Shown piece after piece: positions 1-13,140 of a stretch of 64,000 nucleotides of DNA. This DNA comes from Octopus sinensis (taxonomy: Eukaryota), in the NCBI RefSeq assembly GCF_006345805.1, contig NC_043001.1, forward strand, positions 106,020,001 through 106,084,000. The letters run 5' to 3'. Position 1 is the stretch's first letter. The number at the start of each line of letters is the position of its first letter. The notes under the pieces are model-generated. The model did no database searches and was not told the origin of the DNA. It worked only from the letters and a program-made list of their open reading frames with translations. The position numbers and the translations under genes were made by a program.

Positions 1-388
1 TAATTAAAGACTGCGCATATAAGATATCTACTTCAAAATATTTTCTGTTCTGTAACTCACGTTTTTACACCCAAACAGAGGAGCGTCTGTTTGTCAGCGA
101 TGCAATAACAACAGCAAAATATTATGTATTATCTTTTACTCGGTTCAATCATTATACTGCGGTCATACTGGAGCACCGATTCAAGGAATATTTATTCGAA
201 TGTATCAACAGCAGGTTTTATTCTATTATAGCTTGACACATATTGTATCGGGGACTATTATCGAAACTCCAACTTAAGGAGACACCGGGCCGTCAGGCAG
301 TGGCGGGTATAAGAGATACAAAGACACCCACACATCCACACTTTCACATATATATGTATGTGTGTGTATACACACATATATATGTATG

Positions 389-437
<49 letters not shown>

Positions 438-518
438 GTGTATATATATATATATATATTATATATATATACATATATATATATATATACATATATACTA
501 TATATATATATATATAAT

Positions 519-581
<63 letters not shown>

Positions 582-1673
582 AATATATATATATACATAT
601 ATTATATACACGGCGGTCTTCTTTTAATATCCATCTGCCAACCCCGCTTACAAGGCTTTGCTTTAATCGAGGCTATAGTAGAGAACACTTACCTCCTAAG
701 GTGCCACGCAAAGGGCCTGAACCCGGATCTAAATGGTGGCGAAGCCGCCTCCTTACAACACAGCCACGCCTGAGCCTATACTACGACTTTTGTCCTCGAC
801 AAAGTTCTTCATGTTTGTTGCTGTTTGTTACTCTTATTGGTACTATTGTGTTCGTGTTTTTACTCTTTGTTCTTTTTTTTCTTCTAGCTGGATTTGGGAC
901 CTGATTGTCTCGAGGTACAATCACAAGAGATTTTGACTTGAGGATTCTGTACGTATATTTTATTTCCTTCTTTCATTTTGTGACATTTTGTACCACATTT
1001 GCGATTATTTGTTTTATCGTTTATTAAGTTTTGTAGGTGGAGTTTCAGATAATCCCGGGGACTAATTCTACAATCTGAAATGAAGATGTCGGGCTGGCTT
1101 GTTGGTTTGTCAACAGTAACAAAACAGTACACGTTACCATGACTCAGCCATTCTAAAAATAAACGTCTTGTTGTAATTAACTTGTTGAATGTAGATCAAT
1201 TAAAGATAACAGAGCAATCATTGAAACGGATATCGACCTATTCTAATTAGTAGCATCTTTCACTTGCATTACATCGTTTTTAGCTCCTGTAAACATGAAA
1301 TTTTAAAATCGATATAAGTTATATGAATTTGTCCGATACTGTTTTCTTTGTAATTTAAGTATAGACTTGAAAGAAATTCATGACAAAGATTTAAAGATGG
1401 GATGCATGAATTTTGATTAATACGACCAAGAGTTTGCATTTCAGTGAAACCTTTTTTTATATGCTTGAAAGTGGTTTATGTATTTCAGAAAAGGGGGAAT
1501 TTCAATGTAAACGTGGCCTTGTAGTGAGAAGTGTACTTCCATTTATATGAAACCGAGTTCAGTTCCACTGCATGACACCTGGTGGGGCGAGTGTCTTCTA
1601 TTAAAGATTAAAGCCGCGTGGATGGATTTGGAAGACGGAAACTGAAAGGAACCTGACGTATATATGTACATAT

Positions 1674-1719
<46 letters not shown>

Positions 1720-1772
1720 TAATATATATATATATATATACATAGGAGACAGGGGTACGTTACGCAGCAATA

Positions 1773-2124
1773 ATATATGTATAGAAATTAAATATAAATT
1801 ACAAAATGGGACAAGAACGCAAAAACTTGGTTTTTATTTCTATTTTTTGTTTCTTGTATTTATATTCGTGTGGCATCCTGTCCTTCTTTCGTATACATTC
1901 GATCCTCTTTCCAAGAAATCTAATGCCCGTAGCTTAGTTTTTCTTTGGGGCTGGCCGTATCGGAGCAATATCAGGATTAATCAGCCGAAATTGCTAAGAT
2001 GATCCGGTTCCCGACTGAAGATTAGAGGCTTCGAATGACCCGTCTGGTTTTTTGTTTCGTCTCTTTGTGTGCTTTTGCGTTCTTGTCCCATTTTGTAATT
2101 TATATTTAATTTCTATACATATAT
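1773..2124. repeat. Perfect 52-bp inverted repeats around a 248-bp spacer
   Basis: 1773-1824 equals the reverse complement of 2073-2124. Confidence 0.9.
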
Positions 2125-2180
2125 ATATATTGATAGAAATGGTAAGACGAGAAAAGAATGAAAGATACCTCGATATTATG

Positions 2181-2337
2181 TAAATAGAGGAATTTATCTG
2201 TAAATGTAATATGTGACAAATATTCGGTAGCCATGATAAAACTCCGAGTTTCCACCCCGACATCCGAAACTCGGAGTTTTATCATGGCTACCGAATAATA
2301 GTCACATATTACATTTACAGTCAAATTCCTCTATTTA
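2181..2337. repeat. Near-perfect long hairpin (about 72-bp arms)
   Basis: 2221-2252 is the exact reverse complement of 2266-2297; pairing extends to 2181/2337 with two small internal loops; 13-nt terminal loop. Confidence 0.9.
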
Positions 2338-3647
2338 TTATAGAGGGTCGATTTGCTCGACTAAAGACGTTGCTCCTCTTGGCCACAGTCAAATGACTGA
2401 ATCACGTGAAAGAATAAAAGAATGAGGACGAGTATAGGTAAATGAATTATCATTTTTATTCAAATTCGGTAGAGTTGAAACCTCTCGATGCAAGATTTCT
2501 AACAACATTCTTCATAATCTTTCATTTACATTATTGGCTTCAAATGTTGACACAAAGCCAGCAATATCAGCGGAAGGTATAAGTCGTTTACATCGATCAC
2601 AGTGTTCAACAGGTACCTGTTTTATCGACCCGAAATAATGAAAGGCAAAGTCAACTTCAGCAGAATTTGAACTCGCCGCTTTTCTTCAATTTATAATACT
2701 GAACGCTGATAGTTGTAGGCTAAATCTTGCCTTGAAGGAATCTCATGAACCTCAATAATGGAGACGCATTATGCTCCCTATTTATGATGTTTGCGCGGTG
2801 TTAGGGGCAACTGTAAAACAAGCTAATGCAATTTTCTATCTCTTTGCGGCTAATTATTTGATCACACAAAAAATTCTAGCGGTTTGCCAAAGAATATTTT
2901 CGAAATAAATTCAGCACCAGAGGGGAGGATTATAAAAGGAGCAGTGGTTGTTGCATGCAAAGTTCTTGGATAAACAGATGCAGCCAATAAATTCAGCGTG
3001 GCATTGGAGAGGAATTCGATGATCACATACCAGGCAATTGCGTACCAGCAGACGAAATGTAGAGATAAGCTATTATATTTTCAGTCTATTGGTAGTACCA
3101 AATATTTATTGAGAATACAACGTATTAAACCTTTAACCTACATAGTAACATCTGTTTCTTGTGCATAATGTATACATACAAAATCTGTTTATCTAAACAC
3201 AGTCAATATTTTTGAATATTTGCCGACCTCGCTTATTTTAAGAAAATAGCATATTGTTTTTATTCTTTGTTTATTATTTATATATCTATTTATTTCTTTA
3301 AGTATGTATTGCCACTCTAGAATGAGCACATCCGAAAATACAAATATATACACTCACATTCTCATACTCGCTTTTAAACACCTATACAGTGTGATTTAAC
3401 GGATATGCTACGCTTATTTGGCTTCCGTGTATTTATGAATCTATGCGGGAGTTTGTCTGTGTGTGCGTGTGTGTTTATTTTCAAATGTATATATATATAT
3501 ATATACAAATATATGTTTGTATATGAATGTGCAATATCTGTTATTACTCAACTTTTCTCTAGTTATATGTGTGTATAAGTATGTAGGTATATATATCTAT
3601 ATATATATATGTATGTATGTATGTATATATGTATATATATCTATAGC

Positions 3648-3692
<45 letters not shown>

Positions 3693-4494
3693 CATATGTA
3701 TGTCTTTTTATCTATGTATCTATATATATGTCTGTCTGCCTTCTTTATCTCTCTCTCTCTCTCTCGATGTGTTTATATAGATACATATACATATATATAT
3801 ACACACACATTTATATATATATACGTTCGTACATATCTATACACACATACACACATACTTACATACATACATACATACATAAATACATACATACATACAT
3901 AAATACATACATACATAAATACATGTAGTTACGTGTGTATCTATGTATGTGTAAAAATGACATCTAATACTTATCACTATTCCATATACGAAGAACGATA
4001 AACTTCAGGTATGCAATATATAGTTTATTTCGTAGACTTAAAACAACTTATAATTGCTTCGAAAATTCTATATAAAAGAAACTTTGAGTTTTTCCTCAAT
4101 TATCTCTATAGAATGCCTTCAAGCTTAAAATAGTGTTTCACCTTATTGATTTACTACTGAACTTCTAAACAATTTAAAATATTGCGGAAGTCTCATGTCT
4201 ACCTTTCGTTAGCATTTTTATACATCTCACAAATCTACACTCGCTTGTAATTGTGATCATGTTTACGTTTTTTCCGAATGTTATTTTCATTTGCTTCATT
4301 GAACTATGGTCACGTTTGGGTACTGCTTCGTTGTATTTATTCCATCCTATGAACCCATTCTCTTGTGACTATTTCACTCTATATATTTTATTGATATGCG
4401 TGTATATTTCTCTCTCTCTCTCCCCTCTCTCTCTCTCTCTCTCTCTCTCTTGTGTAAGTCTATATATATATCTATATACATATATATATATATA

Positions 4495-4525
<31 letters not shown>

Positions 4526-4531
4526 TATGTA

Positions 4532-4766
4532 AATAAAAGATGAATCTTGTTCGCCATGGGCTCTTAGGAGCATAGTTCGATTTGGTTTTGCTCCGCCTCT
4601 GTCTGTTTTTGTTTCTCTAACGGATTTCCTTTTTCTTCCTGAAGAGAAAGACACATATGGTCCCATATTTCACCGGATTTTGTAATTTGTGCTTTCGAAA
4701 CACGTGTAGAATGAAATAACGATTTCTGTTCAATCTGCGTTCAGCTCCATTTCTTCATTCACCAAT

Positions 4767-4772
<6 letters not shown>
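4532..4772 (+). mobile_element. Short non-coding element carrying the hammerhead, embedded in (TA)n; probable solo Penelope pseudo-LTR or retrozyme-like unit
   Basis: About 240 bp of complex sequence bounded on both sides by (TA)n arrays; contains the hammerhead; no recognisable coding sequence. Confidence 0.5.
4632..4716 (+). ncRNA. Type I hammerhead ribozyme (minimal, Penelope/retrozyme type), intact core
   Basis: CTGAAGA 4639-4645; stem II GAAAG(4646-50)/CTTTC(4692-96) extended by CACA/TGTG; GAAA 4697-4700; palindromic stem III ACACGTGT 4700-4707; GUA cleavage triplet 4706-4708; stem I TTC/GAA plus 4 more bp after a 1-nt bulge. Confidence 0.8.
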
Positions 4773-4809
<37 letters not shown>

Positions 4810-6249
4810 CATACATACATACATGCATATATATAATATAATATTTAATACATATATACCTAATATGTACATACCTACATATATATGTATATATACATGC
4901 ATATATCGGTACAGGGCATCAGAAAAATACGTTGAACACAATGAGAAACGAAAACAAAAACAAAAACATAGAAACGAACTTATTTTTCGAACAACGAAAA
5001 AAAAAATCAGAGAGATGAGAATGCAACATAAAGTATATTCCCTTTCTCCAGTTGTCCCTGTTTCATCTACTCCGCGATTCGAATGCAAGGATGTGTTATA
5101 ATACTATTCCACCACAGCCATACCAACACTCCAGCATACCTCCATCATCAGCTGCTCAACGAATATCCTTATGGTTTCGACACCTGGGCAGTACCATCCA
5201 ATCTGGCGGTGTCAACAGCACTAAAATAAGTGTTGTTTGGAAACAAACAAACCAAAATACTACAACTTTCAGACACATTTATACTATGCACAACCGTATC
5301 GATAAATAAATTTGATAAGTAAATTACAGCCACTCCTAAATACGTAAGTTATAAAAACTTTTAATCCCCACCGTCTTCTGCAATGTAATATAAAAGTAAA
5401 AGCTCAATAACCACATTATTTCAATCAATCAATATATAGACAGGATTTAGCACTAACTTCAATAAAGCTACAGCAAGGGACAATTAAACCAATGTACATT
5501 GTATCGGTATTAATAGTAATCTGCAATAACTAAATTATGTGCTAAATTGCGATCCATCTTTAAGTCCATATAAATAATGATCCCACCGGTGTTCCATAGA
5601 TACTACTACAATGAAAGTTCAAGCCATATAAAATTATTCCAAAACAAAACACGTTTGAAATTAATTGCATTACTATTTAAATGAGTGAAATACATTATTT
5701 CATTACTCAAGAGTTAATAATAAAACACTACATACTCATTAATATATCACCACTACAAGTTATAATATTAAATTACCAGGGACTAATATAAACTTGAATT
5801 TCATATGTAATTATTACTATAAGAAAAAGGAGAAAATATTTTGGATACTTATTTTATATAAATAAATTTCGCTTTTGTACCTGATTTCGTGTGTTAAAGC
5901 AAATTTCCTTGTGTCTGGGGAGTGTCATTTCGTCATTATGCCTTATTAAATAACACAATTATCAGTACGACTTCCACTGAAAGTACTTATATATTTTTTT
6001 TCTTCAAGAATTTTCGGTGCTTATCGTATCCTTCTCAACTGTTAGTGACTGTCTGTTATCGTACATGCGATTCTCTTGCTCTTTTCGTTTGTTTATGCGC
6101 TTCTGTATGCCTAAGAGTGCATGTCTATACACATATGTATACATACATATATGCATACACACACAGGCGCACACGCACATAATACACATATACATACATA
6201 CATACATACATACATACATACATACATACATACATACAAGCATACATAT

Positions 6250-6700
6250 ATATCACCCACATCATAAGCAATTGTCCGAAACATTCATCACGGTTTTATC
6301 TACCGATGAGACATGATGTTATAGCTAGGACACGCTATAATGAAATCCGTCAGAAGGATAATTCCGAGTCCAAATAAATAAGAACCCACAATATGGTAGA
6401 AACCATAGCCACTCATAATGAAAAGGAATACAGGTGGAATATCCAAGTGAAGGCCTCAACAAAAAGTAAGCACAACAGACCTGATATAATGATTTGGTAT
6501 AGAGAAAAGAAACGATGCAGAGTTGTGGAAATTAGCTTCCCAGGGATGTTAACATAAAGCTGAAGATGAGTGAAAAAGAGAACACCTATGCTGAATTATT
6601 GAGAAATCTACATTTATTCTTTCCAGATTACAAGACTACAGACCCAATCCATCACTTGAACTGTAAAAATTTGTAAAAACTTTCCAGAAGTTTATCATTT
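6250..6700 (+). mobile_element. R4/Dong-like RLE LINE 3' fragment in (TACA)n
   Basis: Broken frames HIISNCP..RHDVIAR, KHNRPDIMIW, VVEISFP; (TACA)n at 6190-6240 and 6770-6820. Confidence 0.72.
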
Positions 6701-8168
6701 AAATATATATGAGTATGTCTAGACATGCAACTATATGCATGAGAATACATACAGGAAACATACAAATATACACATACATACATACATACATACATACATA
6801 CATACATTCATACATACATAGAAATGTATCCTGTTGTTGATATTGAAATTCTAATGACAGGACCTTAGATCTAGGTTAGAAACTGGTTCTTTCTCAATTG
6901 GCAAGAAATCTTGAAATAAATTAAATAATGACATACATATGTATATATTACACAGGTGAAGGCGTGTTTGTGTGGTAAGACAACCATATTAACCGGGGCT
7001 CCGACTTACTGCCTGGCACTTGGGCATGTCTCTTCTGTATGCTCGGACCAATCAAAATCTTGTGAATGAATTTGGTAGATGGAAAGTGAAAGCTTATTTT
7101 CTCGTTTCCTTGTGCAAATATTTGACGCTCACCACTGCTGCAATGAAATAGCAGTCGTCACTACCTCCAGAGTAACAAATTAGTAGCAAATTAAGAAATG
7201 GAGACCATAACTGATTATATGCCACTTCAGCAAGTGAGGCAATAATGTAAGAGATGAACAAAAAAACCCGCGATTTCTCTTACAGAAATATTTGCGGCGC
7301 ACCTGGATACGCCTACCATGACAACGAGATTATATGACACTTAATTAGGGTTTTAATTATGAGCCAGGTAATATTACACTCTAGGTCGAGATGCCCGAAT
7401 AACGCAAGTCATTTCAAAATGAGTATTAACTGAAGGCGTCATAATAGATATTTTATCTTTTTCACAGAATATGTCCATTGGCAAGATATTGTTGAATAGA
7501 GTAATTTCGTACGGTAATAATGAAAGAGATTGCTAAAGGGATCGCTACTCGTTGCAATACCTTGTGTAGTGTCAGTGTGAAGGCCATAAACATGACAGTT
7601 CATGTATTTACGTCATCCTAGATTACAGCACTGAAGGACAGCAGGTTGCCAACTGCACCATATGTCACCATTGGCATGTCGCCAAAATTGATTTATCTCA
7701 TTTGTATCAAACGACGTCGTATGGCTGTACGTTGATACACGCATTTAATGCGTGTACATGCATATTAAATCTGCTTTTTGTGAGGTCCTGTGCTACATTC
7801 TAACACACAATCAGCTCAAAATACACATCGGTCTCCTGAATAATGAACGTTTACAATATATCACCGTCGTGGTGCTACGAATGATTTGGAAATCGCAAGA
7901 AAATCCCAGCCAAACAAACTTCTTAACCATATATCCAGGAATGTGTCTATGTAAAACACATAAGCAAATACACACAGACACACACAAACAGAAACACACG
8001 TGCATGCGCGCACACACACACATACATACACAAACATATATACTCATGCATATTTATATATATGTACGTTTGTTCTCATATATGTATCTTTATAATAATC
8101 ACGTACATGCAAATATTTATCCATATATATATCTATAAATCTATATAAGTAGCTAGCTACATCTATAT

Positions 8169-8214
<46 letters not shown>

Positions 8215-8245
8215 GTCTATCTATCTATATCTATCTATCTATCTA

Positions 8246-8307
<62 letters not shown>

Positions 8308-9113
8308 CATATAGCTGATATTTAAAGAAAAGCGAAACGTATATATGTAGATATGTAGATATGTATATAAATGTACATGAAGAGAATATACATACATAGA
8401 TGCATAAAATAAATATGGATCTTGTCCCAACATGAATATAACCAAATGGTTTGTAGCTGTTACATCGATTAATAAATTTCCTGGATAGTGTCGACCTGCC
8501 AGCATTCGACATGAAATATTACGTTCCCTGCAACAATTCAAATCTTTAGTGTATATTTACTAATGGAAATATCGGTGGGAAAAGACAGCGACATCAGCTA
8601 CTTTTGAAAATATTTCAAACTAACGGAAATCTTTCACGTAAAATCTACATGAGCTGTCAGCTCTCTTGAAATGCAAATAATACGAGTTTCTCGTAAAATA
8701 ACTAGTTTATCCAAGTAACTTTTGTTGAAACAAGCTTTCAGGGATTTGTCTCGTGAGGACTTTCTGCTCTGACATTTCTCTGCAATTATGCTGCGTTTTA
8801 TGCAATACAATATATTCGACATTATTATTCGAAACTTTTTTAAAACCTGCCTGCAGAGTACAGTGTAGCGTAAACATTAGTGTATTCATTGCTAACGTAA
8901 ACGCAGAATTATACGAAAATTATATCAAAATTAACTTTGAGCGAATACGTTCTTTGACATTCACTCAAAAATTACAAAATGTATGATACACACACACACA
9001 CACGCACTGGAAATGTGTTTTATTGTATTTGTACACACACACAATAAATATATTTCTGTGTGTTTGTGTATGTATATGTTTGTGTGTGCACATTTCCACA
9101 TATATTTATACAC

Positions 9114-9150
<37 letters not shown>

Positions 9151-9153
9151 GAG

Positions 9154-9203
<50 letters not shown>

Positions 9204-9931
9204 GTAGATAGATAGATAGATAGATACAATAGATTAAACTTCATACTTTCTTAAATAATTTCTCCGCAGTCCATCGCAGCATTACTCAAGAAACAGGAAG
9301 AAAGTGTGAGAGAAAGTTGGGCGAAAGAGTGCAACAGGGGTCACCACCCACCCTGCCGGGGGGTCGTGGAACTTTAGGTGTTTTCGCTAAATAAGCACAC
9401 AGAAGGCCCGGTCTGGGAATCGAAACTGCCATCCTCCGACCGCGAGTCCGCTGCTCTAACCACTGGGTCATTGCGTCTCCACCATATAAATTTAGTGAAA
9501 TCAAAAATTATGTTAGATGAACAATAATTTTTAAATATTTCTTAGTGTATTTATATTTACAGGAAGCCTATTCTGCAATTCATTATATATTTGATCATGC
9601 TCCAGGAGTAAAAGATATATTTTGTGAGAATAACTCTCGAAGGCAGTAATCCTTCATATTCGTAGGATGAAGTTTATTGCCATAAATAAACTGAAGCAGA
9701 TCTTTCTCAGAATTCAGCGTCAGGAAGAGCAGACTCACACTGGTGTCAAAAACATGTATCACTATTATATTACTTGGGAAGGCGGCGAGCTGGCAGAATC
9801 GTTGGCACGCCACGTGAAATACTTAGCGGCATTTCGTCCGTCAACTTCACTGAGATTGATATTTACCTTTGATCCTTTCGGGGTCGAAAAACTAATTTTC
9901 AGTTGAATACTAGCGTCAATTTAATCTATAT

Positions 9932-9966
<35 letters not shown>

Positions 9967-9989
9967 CATATTTATTATTTATGCGCTCT

Positions 9990-10280
9990 TTTCAAGCCAA
10001 GCCAGGCTCATGGGGCCGGTTCCCAGGTTTCTGTGACGTATACGCCCTTCCCAGCTGGATGGGACGCTTGTCCATCGCAACGTTACTGAAGAAACACGAA
10101 GAGAGAGTGAGAGAAAGTTGGAGCGAAAGAGTACAACAAGGGTCGCAGCAAACCCTGCCGGATCCTCGTGGGGCGTTTAGGTGTTTTCGCTCAATAAACA
10201 CACACAACGTCCGGTCTGGGTATCGAAACCGCGATCCTCCGACCGCGAGTCACTGCCCTAACCGCCGGGCCATTGCGCCT

Positions 10281-10282
<2 letters not shown>
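9990..10282 (-). mobile_element. SINE with family C head and a different tail (also 9268-9483 -)
   Basis: Head matches 31313; tail on the element strand reads gcgatggacaagcgtcccatccagc...cagaaacc...ggccccatgagcc. Confidence 0.75.
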
Positions 10283-10324
<42 letters not shown>

Positions 10325-10360
10325 CATATATGTATATGCATGTATATGTATATACATACA

Positions 10361-10444
<84 letters not shown>

Positions 10445-10729
10445 CGATGAATAGCCTTCGCGTAAACCATTGGTTCGTTTTGTTCTCTTACTTTATTATC
10501 ATCTTATAATCATCTCATAATAATGACCTTTATGACTCGTATTACTACCTCAGTCAATCTAAATGTATATATTTGTCACTACCTGTCATAAATAGCCTTT
10601 TTCTATTTGCAATATGCATTTTCGTTCATTTTTCATATTTTACCCTTACATTTCCACGTGTATTTTATATTTTCTTTTCGTAACATATTTCCACTATATA
10701 TGTATATATATACTTTATTTTCTCTCCTT

Positions 10730-10862
10730 TTTTTCTGTGTTCCTTTCTGTGGAAGAGCGTAGGCTCAAAGCGTTAAAGACCTTTTCACTTCCCGAGCGTT
10801 AAACCAATACATCTGTTTGTTGTCTACACCATCTATCTTCATCTTTTTCTTTTGTAAATTCT

Positions 10863-10864
<2 letters not shown>
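10730..10864 (+). repeat. Dispersed repeat with degenerate hammerhead-like motif (copy 1 of 3)
   Basis: CTGTGGA-A-GAGC-gtag-GCTC-AAAG-CGTT at 10747-10774; same downstream 'cgagcgttaaac.aatac..ctgtttgttgt.tacacc' block as the other copies; followed by (TA)n. Confidence 0.6.
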
Positions 10865-10920
<56 letters not shown>

Positions 10921-11834
10921 TATTCATTTTAATTGATATCTAATTTCTAATACTCTCTTGATATACTGAACATTATCAGATATTGCCAGGTTATGAAACC
11001 TGCTCCCAGTATACACATATATTACGATAGACACCAAAACTTGTTATTTATTGTTTAATGAACAATTACAAGAATGCCTAGAAGCGATCAGTGTGTAAAT
11101 CTAGAAGAACTGTCTGATATAGCTTTGCGTGTTATGAATTGCTTTCAAAAGATGGCGTCTATTTTATATGAAAATCGTTTGCCCTGATTAAATGCTATAA
11201 TAGACGCATTAGCCAGATTTTCAATGAAAGTCGCTTACTCATTAGTGATAATGGAACAAAAGCTAAATAGAAAGTTAATTTTGTGCTCTGCATTTATCTG
11301 CAATATTGATCAGAAACAAAAACAAATATAAAATTATAATTACACAAATAAAATAGATATTTCTGTGTTATAATTATTTATCTTCAGGAATTTGTGGAAC
11401 TTTTAGTGTAAAGAAGTAATTTATGTTACATTTGTTTTTTAATGTCACATCATTGTAGCTTTTTTAATTGAATTTACTGCTTGATTAACGACCGCAAGTG
11501 TTTTTATGTCTGTAACCTCCTGTTGGTGCTCTGCTGTATTTCAAGGCGGGGAAAGAATTTTCATCTATATCATCATAGAGGTAAGAAAATCTCAAGAAAG
11601 AGAGACCTGAACAGCAGAAGGCTTTTAGAGAAATGAAACCCCTCCGTCTCAGGCATGAGTTTCAGCTCTTAACGTTTTACAATCTGATGGTGTCAGGCCG
11701 AATTCTGGTCATGATTCCTGTGTGTCTTTCTTTCGACACATTTTACCCACTTGGATATTGACGACTTTGGAGATTTCACGTACTTTCAAATTCTCACCTT
11801 TAATTCAGCTTTCAATCTGATAATTAACACTGAA

Positions 11835-12046
11835 TTCAAATTTTGGCACAAAGCCAGCAATTTCGGGGTAATGCGTAAGTCAATTATATTGACCTCAGTA
11901 ATTAACTGGTACGTATTTTATCGACCCGGAAAGGTTGAAAGCAAAGTCGAACTCAGCGGAATTTGAACTCTGAACGGAAACACGGACGAAAGCTCGCTAA
12001 GCATTTCGCCTGGCGTGCTAACCATTCTGCCAGCTCATCGCCTTAA
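11835..12046 (-). mobile_element. SINE family A (other partial copies about 2528-2680 -, 9779-9905 +, 24198-24405 +, 31060-31232 +, 53102-53260 +)
   Basis: Shared motifs gcaaagtcga, atttgaactc, ctgccagctc. Confidence 0.75.
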
Positions 12047-12384
12047 ATTTATTCTTGATATTTTTACCTAAACTCGAAGCTGTTGCCTTTGCGCGATCAC
12101 AATACCAGATTCCGAGAGAAACTATTATCTAAGAATTCGAAATCATTGATGTAATGATGCCATTTGTAATATAATCAGGATAACAATATTACTGGATGAA
12201 TAAGGTGCCAACGTTATTTATCATAAGTCGGTTTGATTGCTGTTGTGCTTAGCGCAAAGAAGCATGGCGTCACCTCAATCATCACCGTCGCGATTTCTAT
12301 AATAATTGTCATTATCGCAGTTGTCGTCGTTATCATCAACATCATCATCATTTACTTCTTCTTCTTCTTCTCCTCCTCCTCCTC

Positions 12385-13140
12385 TCTATTGTTATTTCTC
12401 TTCGTCACAGGTTTTGTTGGAGGTCCTGGAGTCTTGCATGCATAGTGGTCTTACTGCCTGCAGCTTACGGTTCCATGCTATTCATTCTATTCAACTAATA
12501 TTTCCTGATTATTCTGGCTGTGCCAATGAGGCAAAACTTTTGTAACAGTTCTACTGGGTATTCTATTCCAATTTCCTTTATATTCCTCTTGATGACTTCT
12601 GACACTTTTCACAAGGTTTTTTTTCGTACTTAAGAGGGTTCTATATCTATCTTTTCGTCTGAATATTCGTGGGTCAAATGGATATGCAACATCAACTATA
12701 TAGCATATGTGGTGCACCTTGTCCACCACCACTAGGTCCGGTCTGTTATGCCGTAGCACCTGATTTGTTTGGTTTGGGAAATCCCAGAGTATTTTACTAG
12801 TTTCCGACACTCTCTGCGGTTTGTGCTCATACCACGTCTTGCCTCTCTCTAGCGCCCACTTTTTGCACAGTTTCCAATGTAGCGCTTTCGCTACCTGATC
12901 CTGTTACCACAACTTGTGTTTGTTTGGAGCAAGTCCAGGGCATTCGTTCGTGATATGGGCTATGGTTTCATCCATCCTATTGCAGATGCGACACAGCGGA
13001 GAAACTTGCTCATTCTTTAGGTTGACCCTCATGTCTGTGGCCAGAGCTTGGTCCTGCGCTGCCAGGAATCATTTTTTAGTGTTCCTTTCATCAGCCATTC
13101 CCAAATATTTTTCCAGCAACTTCTGTTGTGGCTACTTGGA
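12385..13140 (-). mobile_element. R4/Dong-like RLE LINE fragment
   Basis: KILWDF..QTNQVLRHNRPDLVVVDK....CYIVDVAYPFD restriction-like endonuclease motif; upstream AAQDQAL.T and CRIC zinc-knuckle remnants. Confidence 0.8.

Noticed and set aside
243-773. Many ORFs rich in YI/IY, CV/VC, HT/TH, LSIY or poly-I/N/Y (e.g. 243-773, 41881-42277, 45813-46230, 61524-62001)
   Set aside because: Translations of (TA)n, (CA)n, (GATA)n and (AAT)n microsatellites; no coding signal.
7560-7810. Cys-rich plus frame and a GPCR-like GAVGNLL stretch on the minus strand
   Set aside because: Short, interrupted by stops, no further motifs.
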